From Macrostomum lignano (taxonomy: Eukaryota): 64,000 nucleotides of DNA. The position numbers and the translations under genes were made by a program. This document shows positions 11,201-24,912 of this stretch, piece after piece. The stretch is taken from the NCBI GenBank assembly GCA_002269645.1, contig NIVC01000455.1:62001-126000 (forward strand), given 5' to 3'. The notes beneath the pieces were generated by a model, which made no database searches, was not told the origin of the DNA, and saw only the letters and a list, made by a program, of their open reading frames with translations. The number at the start of each line of letters is the position of its first letter. Positions within the stretch are counted from its first letter, which is position 1.

Positions 11201-14200
11201 GTTAGACACGAGAATCTCCTTGTTTGACACGAGAATCTCCTTGTTAGACACGAGAATCTCCTTGTTAGACACGAGAATCTCCTTGTTTGACACGAGAATC
11301 TCATTGTTTGACACGAGAATCTCCGTGTTTGACACGAGAATCTCCTTGTTTGACACGAGAATCTCCTTGTTAGACATGAGAATCTCCTTGTTAGACACGA
11401 GAATCTCCTTTGACACGAGAATCTTATTGTTAGTAATGGAATAATATTGTCAGGCCCTGTGTTCGCCAGAACTCAGAATCAGCTCAGAATCCGCAAGCAG
11501 TATCCCCCACCCAACCGCAGACTGACTGCTCCAACAATCACGTGTTCGAACTGCTCATCAGCAAGGAGAAGCTGCTGGTCTGCGGCACCGTGGCCGGCCG
11601 ATCCACCTGCTCGCTGCGCCAGGTGATGCAGCCGGACCACTCGCTGGGTTCCTTCGGTGTACAGCTGGGCAACACGGACAACCGCCTGGCGAAGGCCATG
11701 ACCCTGCAGGACAGGACTGTGTACATCGGGGCCTACCTGACCAGCGGCACTGACCCGGCCCTGTTTCGGTCCAGTCTGAGCACTGACGAGCGAGCGGTGA
11801 GAACAAGCAACGAGGTGCAACAGTCTCGGACCTTGAAACCGATCTATCGTGAGTTAAACTTGCGAGTAGCGTGAATGTACTTTTGCATGTCATGCCGTGA
11901 ATCTAAGATTCGAAAATAAGATTCGAGTACACCTAATTGCCCTGGTGTATTCGCAGAGCCGGCAAAGTTCATCAGCGTCCACATCATTGGAGACTACGCG
12001 TATTACTTCTTCCAAGAGAACTTCGAAGAAATGTCCACCTGCGGCGCGAGATCGCAAGTAAGTTTTCTTGTTCTAAGTTTAGCAGTTCAAATTTTTCTAT
12101 TTATAACAATCGGGAAATTTTAGTCACGTGATTTCTCTGAGCCAATAGAGACAAACGCACCGGAAGATTCCCAAGGTCACTCTTAAAAGAAGTGACACGT
12201 GACTTAAAATGTACACTGCCCGCCTCTCTCATGTACATTGCCGCTCCTATGTACACCATCTCTCCGTCCCCTTCTGCCCCACCCCCAGCGCATAATCAGC
12301 CGCGTGGCCCGCATGTGCAAGTCTGACCCTGGCTACGGCTTGTACTGGCTGTCCTTCTCCAAGAGCCGCCTGATCTGCGCCCAGGGCGGCAATTGGGTGC
12401 GGCCGGACGGTCCCGGGGACGAGGAGAGCTCCGCCTTCTACTACGACCTGCTGCAGGACACCTACGTGACGGACACGCACATCTACGGGCTGTTCACCGC
12501 GGCAAAGTGAGACCTGGCACACGCGGATCACCATTAATTTATCATTTACTGTCGAGTCCTCCAAATGCACTCGTACATGTACTTTAAAATTTCAGAAGCG
12601 GCATCAAGGCCAGCGCAATCTGCGGCTTCCCGATCTCGACATTCAACAAAGTTTTTGGCGACCAGACAGTCCGAATCAAGCACTGGGACTATCGGAAGGG
12701 CGACGTGCCTTACGCCTATTTCACTGACGCCAGAGACCGCTACAACAGATCGGATGTGAGTGCAGCTGATCTGCTGCAGGTGGAGCAAAAATCAGAAAAT
12801 AGACCAAGAGTACGCTCGTAGAGCAGTTTATAGAACAGGGGAGGAACAGCAAGTGGCGTTGCCGCCAGTCGCTAACTTGCCGAACTCTGAACCTTGCAGT
12901 GCTCAAACCTGAGGCTTCGGCAAGACGAGATCGCCACCTACACCAGCAACAACCGGTTCTACTTCCTCAAATCCGCGCGGGTCATCCAGGACACCAACGA
13001 GCCTCTGGCGGCAGGCAGGGAGAACTGGCGCCGCCTGCTGGTGACCCGCGTGCCCAGCAGCCAGCCGGACCTCCAGCACACCGTGGCCTTCGTGGTCACC
13101 GAGTCGGATTCGATAAAGAAGATCATTCTGTCAGCTGGTAGCCGCTGCGTCCTCGAGGAGATGCAGCTGGACAAGAGTCTGGACGGGCGCATCAACGACA
13201 TCCAGCTGACGCAGACGGGCGAGCACCTAATCGTGTCCACCAGCAGCCGTGTGCTGCGACTCCCCACCAGCCGCTGCGGCCGCCACGCTCTGCGGACCTC
13301 CTGCCTGGCTGCCAGGGACCCGCACTGCGGCTGGAACCGCGCCGCCTTCGCCTGCACCGTGCGGCCGGCCAACACTGACCAGTGGGAGCAGGACATCAGC
13401 CCGCAGCACGGCCGCGTCTGCCCCGACCGCAGCGTGCCCATCGACGGCGGCTGGTCCGACTGGCGCCCCTGGCAGCGGTGCCAGCCGCCCAGAGGCAGCG
13501 GCGGTGGCAGCGGCAGCGTCTGTCAGTGCCGCCTGCGGCTCTGCGACAACCCGGCGCCCAGCAACGGCGGCAGGCAGTGCGGGAAATTCCACGATCTGCT
13601 CAGCGAGGTGCAGACAGCCAACTGCTCGGTTGACGGCGGCTGGAGCGCCTGGGACGCCTGGAGCTCCTGCCCGACCTGCCGAGCATCCCGGGGCCGGCCG
13701 GACACTCGGGAGCGAACCCGGACCTGCTCGCAGCCGCGGTCAGCCCACGGCGGTGCTCCGTGCGAGGGGCCACCCAGCCAGACGGAGGTCTGCGACGTGC
13801 CCGACTGCAAAGGTGCGATGAGATGAGGATAATCTGGGATAATGTGGGATGAGCTGGGATGAGCTGGGATGAGCTGGGATGAGCTGGGATGAGCTGAGGT
13901 GAGCTGGGATGAGCTGGGATGAGCTGGGATGAGCTGGGATGACCTGAAATGATCTGGGATGAGCTGGGATGAGCTGGAATGAGCTGGGATGAGCTGGGAT
14001 GAGCTGGGATGAGCTGGAATGAGCTGGGATGATCTGGGATGACCTGAAATGATCTGGGATGAGCTGGGATGAGCTGGAATGAGCTGGGATGAGCAGGGAT
14101 GAAAGTAAAAAATTGTGAATAATTTATGGCACCAGATCCAACAGTTCGATTGAAACTTCGGATGCAGTAATTGTCTCAAGTGCAGTTGTAAAAAAGCTTG

Positions 14201-17200
14201 AGCTCGGGCGAGAGGCGCTCCGAGGCCTGCCATCCGAGTTTCACTCAGCAGGTTTAAGAGCAAAATGCCAGTTTTTACTGTTCTGTTCTTGGTTTTTTAT
14301 TATAATCGAGACAGCGGGCAGAAGCGAAGGCGAGGACCGCCATTGTCTTCTGCTTGGCTGGCAGATCAGCGCCCATTGTTCACCATGCTGCTTTTTGCCG
14401 TTTCATTGCTTCTGCTGTCTCGCGGCCTTCTCTGAGCCCAAGTTTGTTTATTTATTCATCTGGAGCGGGCCAAACTGCTGCGAGCCTGGCTCCGGCAGAA
14501 ACACAGGCAGCTGCGGGATCATTTGAGAGCTCCTGTTTAATTTAATTTTAACAGCCTGACGGATCTTTGGTTGGGTCAGAGTTAATTACCCATCAGGGCG
14601 ATAAGCGACAAATCAAGACATCATGACCCCACTAATCATCATGACCCCACTAATCATCATGACCCTTCCACCCCATTATGATCCATTAAATTTCGAATGA
14701 AGGAAATTAGCAAAAACTTTCAATGGTGCATCAACAAATTAATCCAGACGTGCACCTGCCCGTGAACGGCACGTGGAGCCCATGGAGCGAGTGGAGCAGC
14801 TGCAGTCGGCTCTGCGGCGGCGGCCAGTCAAAGCGAGTCCGGTTCTGCCGGGAGCCGGTGAACGGCGGCCTGCCCTGCGTTGGCGACTCCAAGGAATGGC
14901 GCGACTGCAATACGGCGCCCTGTCTGGCTGGTGAGAGACGCATAGTTCGCGGCAGGGGTGGCGTTGGGGTAGGAATGGGCGGGAGTGAGGTGGGGGTTGG
15001 AATGGGCGGGAGTGAGGTGGGGTAGGAATGGGCATGGAGTGAGGTAAGGGTTGGAATGGGCAGGGAGTGAGGTGGAGTAGGAATGAGTAGGGAGTGAGGT
15101 GGGGTAGGAATGGGCAGGGAGTGAGGTGGGGGTTGGAATGGGCAGGGAGTGAGGTGGGGGTTGGAATGGGCAGGGAGTGAGGTGGGGTAGGAATGGGCAC
15201 GGAGTGAGGTGGGGTAGGAATGGGCGGGGAGTGAGGTGGGGTAGGAATGGGCGGGGAGTGAGGTGGAATTTACGAGCCGTACCAAGCCATTTCGATTACA
15301 AATGATAGCAGCTCCATTTAAAATCTTTATCCAACAGTGCAAAAAGTGCAACAGACGGGCTGGATTCGAACAGCGGACCGCAGCTCAGCCACGGACCAGC
15401 CGGTGTGGCAGCAGATGGTGGCGGACTGCAGGGCCTACGCAGCCGAATCCGGCGAGTACCGGGTGAAGCTGAGCCTTAGCAACCGGACACAGGTGTGCGA
15501 TTCGGCAGCCCAGTGCGCCTCTCAAGGTAAGCGTGACTGTGGCGCCAATGGCCCCTTTTCCCGAAAGCAACCCAGCTGGCCCAGTTACATGACTTGCGCT
15601 GAATTGCTTGGCGTGTTTTCTGTTGCTGTTAAACAGAACTCCGCTGCAGCGCACCGCAGAGACGGGCTGAAGAAAAACAAAAGGTTTAGAAGTGCCTTCG
15701 TTGGCTCTCTTGTCAAAGAGACTGGACTCAAAGCCTTCAACTTGCGCGCTCTCCCTGCCTCCCAATCTTGCTCACGCATTCGAGTAGCTCAAAGCGAGCA
15801 TAGAGAAAGAGAGATGCAGAGCGCAAGCCCCTCTCGAGCAAGCAGAGGTCAGCTCAGAGGCTGCCTGCAGCCAACAGCCTTGCATATTTTTTTATCAAAC
15901 TCAAATTTTGCATTTGCGCAGGCAGCCCCCCCCATCTGCATCTCTCGGTGCCGTGGCGACCGCGCACTCGCTGAGGCCGCCCCAGCCACTTGTTTATAGC
16001 GACAGGAGGGCAGGGCTGAGAGCTGTTCATTCACAATGGCTGCCCAACCCAGCGCCAGCCTAGGCTAGCAGACATTGCCTGTAAATAAAGAAGCTTTCCC
16101 TCCTTCATTGTGGACTGCCCGGGCCCTACGCGTCCGCCGAGTTCATTTATTGAGATTGCGATGAACTGCATGAGATTAGCCATGCTGGCCATTAAATACA
16201 CAGCCTGCACTGCTTCCCGGATGAGGGTGCTGAGGCTTCAGGACGCTTGTGCGATGGGTGTTTATTCATTCAGTCATTGCTGCACTAGCCACCAGTGCCC
16301 TCTACAAGTTAAGCGCAGATGGCTGCGGTTAGTTAGACTTCTTACGTCTCAACCGCTCCAATGGCGCCCCCTGAAAAAAACTGGCACCCTTCAAACGAAA
16401 TGGCGCCCTGTCAAATGAAATGGCGCTCCTTCCAAATGAAGTGGAGCTCCTTCCAAATGAAGTGGAGCTCCTTCCAAATGAAGTGGAGCTCCTTCCAAAT
16501 GAAGTGGAGCTCCTTCCAAATGAAGTGGAGCTCCTTCCAAATGAAGTGGAGCTCCTTCCAAATGAAGTGGAGCTCCTTCCAAATGAAGTGGAGCTCCTTC
16601 CAAATGAAGTGGAGCTCCTTCCAAATGAAGTGGAGCTCCTTCCAAATGAAGTGGAGCTCCTTCCAAATGAAGTGGAGCTCCTTCCAAATGAAGTGGAGCT
16701 CCTTCCAAATGAAGTGGAGCTCCTTCCAAATGAAGTGGAGCTCCTTCCAAATGAAGTGGAGCTCCTTCCAAATGAAGTGGAGCTCCTTCCAAATGAAGTG
16801 GAGCTCCTTCCAAATGAATTGGAGCTCCTTCCAAATGAAATGGAGCTCCTTCCAAATGAAGTGGAGCTCCTTCCAAATGAAATGGCGCCCCTCAGATGAA
16901 ATGGGGCGCCACTTCCCCAAGTCGACTGTCAAAGTACTGTACGCGAGCCCGCAGACATTGGAGTGCCCGTATGTAGGCGCAATTCTATTTAAAAATTCTT
17001 CATCAACTCAAACGATGCCTCATCCTCAGCCGCCAGCAGCGTCAGCGTCAACGGGAACTGGGGCGCCTGGAGCAGCTGGACGGCCTGCAGCAGCTCCTGC
17101 GGGAGCGGCTTCCGGCATCGGCACCGAGAGTGCGACAACCCACCACCCAGCGGCTCCGGCAGCTACTGCAGCGGCAAGCCCAAGCAGTTCAAAAGTTGCA

Positions 17201-19741
17201 CCCAACAGCCCTGTCGACTACGTGAGTGCCCGGGAGTGTCTGGGTTGGAGTGTCCGGGTCGGAATGCCTGGATCGGAGTGCCTGGGTTGGAGTGCCCGGG
17301 TCGGAATGCCTGGATCGGAGTACCTGGGTCGGAGTGCCTGGGTCGGAGTGCCTGGGTCGGAGTGCCCGGGTCGGAGTGCCTGGGTCGGAGTGCCTGGGTC
17401 GGAGTGCCTGGGTCGGAGTGCCTGGATTGGAGTGCCTGGGTCGGAGTGCCTGGATCGGAGTACCTGGGTTGGAGTGCCTGGGTCGGAGTGCCTGGGTCGG
17501 AGTGCCTGGGTCGGATTGCCTGGGTCGGAGTGCCTGGGTCGGAGTGCCTGGGTCGGAGTGCCTGGGTCGGAGTGCCTGGGTCGGAGTGCCTGGGTCGGAG
17601 TGCCTGGGTCAGAGTGCCTGGGTCGGAGTGCCTGGGTCGGAGTGCCTGGGTCGGAGTGCCTGGGTCGGAGTGCCTGGGTCGGAGTGCCTGGGTCGGAGTG
17701 CCTGGGTCGGAGTGCCTGGGTCGGAGTGCCTGGGTCGGAGTGCCTGGGTCGGAGTGCCTGGGTCGGAGTGCCTGGGTCGGAGTGCCTGGGTCGGAGTGCC
17801 TGGGTCGGAGTGCCTGGATCGAAGCGCCTTTTTTAGAGTTGCAGTGAGCATGAGTAAATATCGGGAAATGAGTACTGGGGATTTTGATGCCGGAAGCGAA
17901 CTTCCCACACGCTCACTTTCCCTCCCACCCCTCTCTCTCTCCGCTTGATACAGCCGAATGGGGCGCCTGGGGCTGCTGGAGCGACTGCCAGAACCCGGGC
18001 ACCGGCGGCGGTGCGGGCTGCGGCACCGGCAAGCAAGTGCGCCTGCGCACCTGCCAGCTGAACGGAGCTCCGGTGGGACCGTCAGAGGCGGGCAGCGCCG
18101 CGCACTGCCCCGCGGAGGCGAGCGCCGAAGAGCGGGAGTGCTCGCTTCAACCCTGCGATTGTGAGCCAGGCTGACTTCTTCAACTGGCGAACATGCAAAA
18201 TTTGAATGAAATTTTTTTCTTGAACATGTAGATATGGGGGCCGCGCCAGCTCAGCGCCGGTACCCCCTTGGTTTGATTCCGTGCACGTTCACAGGATCCG
18301 GCCATCTTTTGGCCATAGAAATCCTCAGCGGGCGGCCTGACTGTAACGCCGAACCCTCCAACCCATTGCAGACCTCTCCGAGTGGTCGGCCTGGGGCCCG
18401 TGCAAAAACAAGGTGCGCTTCCGAACCCGCAAGTGCACCCTGCCGCCCGTGTCCTCCCTGATGACCACCCACTGCCGCGGCAATCTGGGGCAGTCCGAGG
18501 TCTGCAGCCCCTCAGCCAGCAAGTCGGGGGAGCTCCCAGACGCTGTGCTGCCGGCAACCGAGGAGCCGCCGAACGAGAAGTTGACCACCTCAGTCGCAGT
18601 GCTGGACGCCAGCGAACTCAGCCTGGCCTACTCGACCGTGGGCGCGGTGGCTGCCGCCTGGATTCTGTCCCTCGCCCTGACCGCCTGCATCGCATTTTCA
18701 GTTGCTTTCTTCTGCTACAAGCGCCGCCTGGCCGCCTGCAGGGACTCCGTCAAGCAGCTGCAGAAGCAGCTGGGCCTGCTCAAGACGTCCACCTCCGCTC
18801 AGATTCTGCCGCCGCCGCTCCCGTCAACGTCTCTGCAGAGGCCGCAGCAGCAGCAGCAGCCGCAGCAGCCCCACAGAGCCGAGCTCGACATGCCGGGGTA
18901 CTACAGCATCGGCCCCAGGGACACCTGCTCGACCGGCATCGACCCGCAGCCGCCGCTGCCCCTGCCGCCGATGGATCCGGTCAGCAGCCTGAACCTCGGC
19001 ACCGGGATGGCCATGGCGATGACGCCAATCAATTCGCGGCCCCGCCGGGAGCTGCTCAGCCGGTCGCACTCAACCAACGAGTCGTCCAGGCAGCAGCCGC
19101 CGGCGGCTCACCGGCTGAACCAGCAGCCGCGGCCGCAGCAACAGCTCCAGCACGCGGATCTCGGCTACCTGACGGTGCAGCACCCGCCGCTGGCTGCCGC
19201 AGCCCCATATGGCACCTACGAGAGGGCGCAGCTGCACCAGCAGCCGCAGCAGGCGCGGCCGCAGCTGAATGTCTACGTCACCCAGGGCAGTCACCCGCCT
19301 GACGAATATCTGTCCCACCACCGCCGCCGCCACCACCACTACCAGCAGCAGCAGCAGCCAGACCAGCCAGATGAGTTCGTTCACGAGTCCAGCTCGCTAA
19401 TGAGGCACCACCTGTCTCAGCAGCAGCAGCAGCAGCAGCAGCCGCAGACTCTTCTACTTTATCCAGACAGTGAGCAGCACTTTGCTACAATGCCTCTCCA
19501 TCACCAGCAGCAGCAGCAGCAGCAGCACCAGCTCTGGCCAGAAGCCACACTCGAGCCGCAACGAATGCGAATGCACAGGCAGCTCTCTGAGCAGCCTCAG
19601 CGCCAGCATCGGCAGTACCAGACTCAGCCCCAGCCCCAGCACCAGCCGCATTACCAGCCCCAGCACCAGCCCCAGGAGTCAGCGTCATCAGCAGCTTACA
19701 GCGAATTCCAACGCCGCGTTCAGAGACACCTGGACAACTGA
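8278..19741 (+). CDS. SEMA5: Semaphorin-5 (signal peptide, Sema, PSI, 7 TSP1 repeats, TM, long Q/P-rich cytoplasmic tail), ~1417 aa
   Basis: Exons 8278-8440, 10597-10708, 10818-10935, 11521-11848, 11957-12057, 12289-12506, 12596-12755, 12900-13812, 14748-14930, 15338-15526, 17030-17221, 17954-18160, 18372-19741. All are GT-AG and phase-consistent, total 4254 nt. Sema motifs (SRVARMCKSD, SKSRLIC, ASAICGF), PSI (CLAARDPHCGW), WSxW-type TSP1 repeats (DGGWSDW, DGGWSAW, NGTWSPW, NGNWGAW, EWGAWGCW, SEWSAWGPC, plus one degenerate) and a hydrophobic TM (VGAVAAAWILSLALTACIAFSVAFFCY). Confidence 0.93.
8436..8970. repeat. 30-bp minisatellite, 18 copies, duplicating the SEMA5 exon-1 donor (GCAGG|GTGCGGCCTTGGAGATGCAGGGAGG)
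   Basis: GT at 8441, 8471 ... 8951. The unit is 3n and stop-free in the SEMA5 frame. Confidence 0.96.
8967..9420. repeat. Second 30-bp minisatellite (GCAGGGAGAGCAGGTAGCGGACACAAAGAT)n, derived from the first
   Basis: Shares GATGCAGGGAG..GCAGG with the preceding array; ~15 copies. Confidence 0.93.
10255..10505. repeat. 20-bp minisatellite (CAAGAGACAGGGGTGCTCAC)n, SEMA5 intron 1
   Basis: Seen directly. Confidence 0.92.
11025..11425. repeat. 21-bp minisatellite (TTAGACACGAGAATCTCCTTG)n, SEMA5 intron 3
   Basis: Seen directly. Confidence 0.93.
13825..14101. repeat. 10-bp repeat (GGGATGAGCT)n directly after the 13813 donor
   Basis: Seen directly. Confidence 0.93.
14955..15265. repeat. 27-bp G-rich minisatellite (GCAGGGAGTGAGGTGGGGTAGGAATGG)n, SEMA5 intron 9
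   Basis: Seen directly; it begins ~25 nt after the donor at 14931. Confidence 0.92.
16395..16910. repeat. 21-bp minisatellite (CCAAATGAAGTGGAGCTCCTT)n with AAATGGCGCC-type edge units
   Basis: Seen directly. Confidence 0.94.
17224..17820. repeat. 15-bp minisatellite (GAGTGCCTGGGTCG-G)n starting inside the donor GTGAGTGCC at 17222
   Basis: Seen directly. Confidence 0.94.
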
Positions 19742-21213
19742 ACTCTGTGACCGAAGCCGGGCAGCGCCGGTGCGGCAGGTCCAACGGAGTTGCGGCTTAA
19801 AAGCATTTAACTCTTTCAGGCTGGCGTTGCGATGGCCAGCTGCTGCTGCCGGCTCTGCGCATCTTTTTCTTAAGCTAGAGACTGCAGCACCGCGCACTGA
19901 ACTTGCTCTCCATCAGTCATTAGTCACCTCTGCTAAACCGTATCTGCCATTCTGTACTTGAACCTCTTCTTGTGCGAACTATTTTTAAATCGACCGCTCT
20001 CATCACTCTCATGCCGGTTACAAAATAGCGAATTATGTTATTAATTTGTTCTGTGGTCGAACTTTACCTACGCTCGTATGTAGTTTTTTTGTTTAAACTC
20101 GCGTTGCACAGGCGTCATTTGAGCTCAGTTTTAATGCCTTCATTTTTGGCATTTCGTTAAAGCCTCTCAACTTAGCTGCTGCATCGCTGCTCATCAAAGG
20201 AGTTTCTCATTCGCCTGGAATCCCACAGCCTGCCTTTGACAGACCGGCTCCGTTCTGTTGCGCCTTCATTTTAGCCGCTTTCAGTTGCTCCGAATGTCGC
20301 CTTCCTCGAATTCGTCACTGCCAAGACCGCACAGCCTCCGGGGCGGCGCGACCCGCCCCCCGCCTCACCAGATGAACCGACGGTGCGGCCCCGCAGGACC
20401 GCGGGAACTCGCCGCAGAAGCTCACGCACAGCCCCAGTAGCGCTCGCACTCAGACAGACCCTCGCGAATTTACAATTTCGTCACCCGCTTCGCAGCCCCG
20501 AACCCCAGCCTCCGAGCCCCATCATCTCCCTCGCTGATTTGGCAGCAGCGAAATGCATTTTCATTTGTTGTTACCTGATTGCTGTTAGAACTCCGTGCGG
20601 CCCACTCCCGTTCGCCCGATCGTCCGCCTGCTTGCTGACACAAATCGTCCGATTTCTGTAGAACTGTTCTTTTGTCTTCTAGGAGCAGGAAGTAGTGAAG
20701 ATTAACAGTTATTATTATATACAACGACAGGAAATGCGGACCCAGTTTGTTCTTCGTATTGCCTTTTTTCTACATGGAGCACTTCTTTTCTATTGCTTTA
20801 TTTGGCTTTTAATTAGTTTCCGAGCTCTCACTGGCTCAAGCCAGAGTTAGCTTCGCGTTTTAGCTCGTAGTGTGCAGCCCCGACACCTCGGCTCGGCTGT
20901 CCTCGCATAGTGCGGTGGGGCCCGCGGAGCGTTGGCGCAGCAAACACGGCCGCCAGTTTGCTGCGGAGAACACAAGACAACTGTGGGCTGGCTGGGCAAC
21001 AGCCGACCTCACACAGGCGGGCCTCGCAAACACATGAGCGGGCCGACATTGAAAGTGAGAAGAGAGGGAGAGAGAGAGAGAGTCGGGAGAAGGCTCGGGG
21101 GCTCTCGGAACCACAGGGCCGAATTGTTTTAGGCGAGTGTGGGCGGGAGCCAAGGCGATGCAGCTGCTCACGCCAGGCTGGAGAACTGCAAGGGTCATCA
21201 AAACTTATTTGTT

Positions 21214-24200
21214 GCACTCCATGGCTGCCGTAGGCGCTGCTGAACTCTATGGAATATTAGCACTCCATGGCTGCCGTAGGCGCTGCTGAACTCTATGGAA
21301 TATTAGTACTCCATGGCTGCCGTAGGCGCTGCTGAACTCTATGGAATATTAGCACTCCATGGCTGCCGTAGGCGCTGCTGAACTCTATGGAATATTAGTA
21401 CTCCATGGCTGCCGTAGGCGCTGCTGAACTCTATGGAATATTAGCACTCCATGGCTGCCGTAGGCTCTGCTGAACTCTATGGAATATTAGTACTCCATGG
21501 CTGCCGTAGGCTCTGCTGAACTCTATGGAATATTAGCACTCCATGGCTGCCGTAGGCGCTGCTGAACTCTATGGAATATTAGCACTCCATGGCTGCCGTA
21601 GGCTCTGCTGAACTCTATGGAATATTAGTACTCCATGGCTGCCGTAGGCTCTGCTGAACTCTATGGAATATTAGCACTCCATGGCTGCCGTAGGCTCTGC
21701 TGAACTCTATGGAATATTAGTACTCCATGGCTGCCGTAGGCTCTGCTGAACTCTGGAATATTAGTACTCCATGGCTGCCGTAGGCTCTGCTGAACTCTAT
21801 GGAATATTAGTACTCCATGGCTGCCGTAGGCTCTGCTGAACTCTATGGAATATTAGTACTCCATGGCTGCCGTAGGCGCTGCTGAACTCTATGGAATATT
21901 AGTACTCCATGGCTGCCGTAGGCGCTGCTGAACTCTATGGAATATTAGTACTCCATGGCTGCCGTAGGCGCTGCTGAACTCTGGAATATTAGTACTCCAT
22001 GGCTGCCGTAGGCGCTGCTGAACTCTATGGAATATTAGTACTCCATGGCTGCCGTAGGCGCTGCTGAACTCTATGGAATATTAGTACTCCATGGCTGCCG
22101 TAGGCGCTGCTGAACTCTGGAATATTAGTACTCCATGGCTGCCGTAGGCGCTGCTGAACTCTATGGAATATTAGTACTCCATGGCTGCCGTAGGCGCTGC
22201 TGAACTCTGGAATATTAGTACTCCATGGCTGCCGTAGGCGCTGCTGAACTCTATGGAATATTAGTACTCCATGGCTGCCGTAGGCGCTGCTGAACTCTGG
22301 AATATTAGTACTCCATGGCTGCCGTAGGCGCTGCTGAACTCTATGGAATATTAATACTCCATGGCTGCCGTAGGCGCTGCTGAACTCTATGGAATATTAG
22401 TACTCCATGGCTGCCGTAGGCTCTGCTGAACTCTATGGAATATTAGTACTCCATGGCTGCCGTAGGCGCTGCTGAACTCTATGGAATATTAGTACTCCAT
22501 GGCTGCCGTAGGCGCTGCTGAACTCTATGGAATATTAGCACTCCATGGCTGCCGTAGGCTCTGCTGAACTCTATGGAATATTAGTACTCCATGGCTGCCG
22601 TAGGCGCTGCTGAACTCTATGGAATATTAGTACTCCATGGCTGCCGTAGGCGCTGCTGAACTCTGGAATATTAGTACTCCATGGCTGCCGTAGGCGCTGC
22701 TGAACTCTATGGAATATTAGTACTCCATGGCTGCCGTAGGCGCTGCTGAACTCTATGGAATATTAGTACTCCATGGCTGCCGTAGGCGCTGCTGAACTCT
22801 ATGGAATATTAGTACTCCATGGCTGCCGTAGGCGCTGCTGAACTCTATGGAATATTAGTACTCCATGGCTGCCGTAGGCGCTGCTGAACTCTGGAATATT
22901 AGTACTCCATGGCTGCCGTAGGCGCTGCTGAACTCTATGGAATATTAGTACTCCATGGCTGCCGTAGGCGCTGCTGAACTCTGGAATATTAGTACTCCAT
23001 GGCTGCCGTAGGCGCTGCTGAACTCTATGGAATATTAGTACTCCATGGCTGCCGTAGGCGCTGCTGAACTCTGGAATATTAGTACTCCATGGCTGCCGTA
23101 GGCGCTGCTGAACTCTATGGAATATTAGTACTCCATGGCTGCCGTAGGCGCTGCTGAACTCTATGGAATATTAGTACTCCATGGCTGCCGTAGGCTCTGC
23201 TGAACTCTATGGAATATTAGTACTCCATGGCTGCCGTAGGCGCTGCTGAACTCTATGGAATATTAGTACTCCATGGCTGCCGTAGGCGCTGCTGAACTCT
23301 ATGGAATATTAGCACTCCATGGCTGCCGTAGGCTCTGCTGAACTCTATGGAATATTAGTACTCCATGGCTGCCGTAGGCGCTGCTGAACTCTATGGAATA
23401 TTAGTACTCCATGGCTGCCGTAGGCGCTGCTGAACTCTATGGAATATTAGTACTCCATGGCTGCCGTAGGCGCTGCTGAACTCTATGGAATATTAGCACT
23501 CCATGGCTGCCGTAGGCTCTGCTGAACTCTATGGAATATTAGTACTCCATGGCTGCCGTAGGCGCTGCTGAACTCTATGGAATATTAGTACTCCATGGCT
23601 GCCGTAGGCGCTGCTGAACTCTATGGAATATTAGTACTCCATGGCTGCCGTAGGCGCTGCTGAACTCTATGGAATATTAGTACTCCATGGCTGCCGTAGG
23701 CTCTGCTGAACTCTATGGAATATTAGTACTCCATGGCTGCCGTAGGCTCTGCTGAACTCTATGGAATATTAGTACTCCATGGCTGCCGTAGGCGCTGCTG
23801 AACTCTATGGAATATTAGCACTCCATGGCTGCCGTAGGCGCTGCTGAACTCTATGGAATATTAGCACTCCATGGCTGCCGTAGGCTCTGCTGAACTCTAT
23901 GGAATATTAGTACTCCATGGCTGCCGTAGGCGCTGCTGAACTCTATGGAATATTAGTACTCCATGGCTGCCGTAGGCGCTGCTGAACTCTATGGAATATT
24001 AGTACTCCATGGCTGCCGTAGGCGCTGCTGAACTCTATGGAATATTAGTACTCCATGGCTGCCGTAGGCTCTGCTGAACTCTATGGAATATTAGTACTCC
24101 ATGGCTGCCGTAGGCTCTGCTGAACTCTATGGAATATTAGTACTCCATGGCTGCCGTAGGCGCTGCTGAACTCTATGGAATATTAGCACTCCATGGCTGC

Positions 24201-24912
24201 CGTAGGCTCTGCTGAACTCTATGGAATATTAGTACTCCATGGCTGCCGTAGGCTCTGCTGAACTCTATGGAATATTAGTACTCCATGGCTGCCGTAGGCG
24301 CTGCTGAACTCTATGGAATATTAGTACTCCATGGCTGCCGTAGGCGCTGCTGAACTCTATGGAATATTAGCACTCCATGGCTGCCGTAGGCTCTGCTGAA
24401 CTCTATGGAATATTAGTACTCCATGGCTGCCGTAGGCGCTGCTGAACTCTATGGAATATTAGTACTCCATGGCTGCCGTAGGCGCTGCTGAACTCTATGG
24501 AATATTAGTACTCCATGGCTGCCGTAGGCTCTGCTGAACTCTATGGAATATTAGTACTCCAAGGCTGCCGTAGGCTCTGCTGAACTCTATGGAATATTAG
24601 CACTCCATGGCTGCCGTAGGCTCTGCTGAACTCTATGGAATATTAGTACTCCATGGCTGCCGTAGGCTCTGCTGAACTCTATGGAATATTAGCACTCCAT
24701 GGCTGCCGTAGGCTCTGCTGAACTCTATGGAATATTAGTACTCCATGGCTGCCGTAGGCTCTGCTGAACTCTATGGAATATTAGTACTCCATGGCTGCCG
24801 TAGGCTCTGCTGAACTCTATGGAATATTAGTACTCCATGGCTGCCGTAGGCTCTGCTGAACTCTATGGAATATTAGTACTCCATGGCTGCCGTAGGCTCT
24901 GCTGAACTCTAT
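21214..24912. repeat. 3.7-kb satellite-like array of a 46-bp unit (~80 copies) with 44-bp deletion variants
   Basis: Unit CTCCATGGCTGCCGTAGGC(G/T)CTGCTGAACTCT(AT)GGAATATTAG(T/C)A; there are no unique spacers. Confidence 0.97.

Noticed and set aside
19950-21210. Gene in the GC-rich region after SEMA5
   Set aside because: The short ORFs lack codon bias, recognisable motifs and consistent splice signals.
21214-24912. CRISPR array
   Set aside because: Units are contiguous with no unique spacers, there are no cas genes, and the context is eukaryotic.
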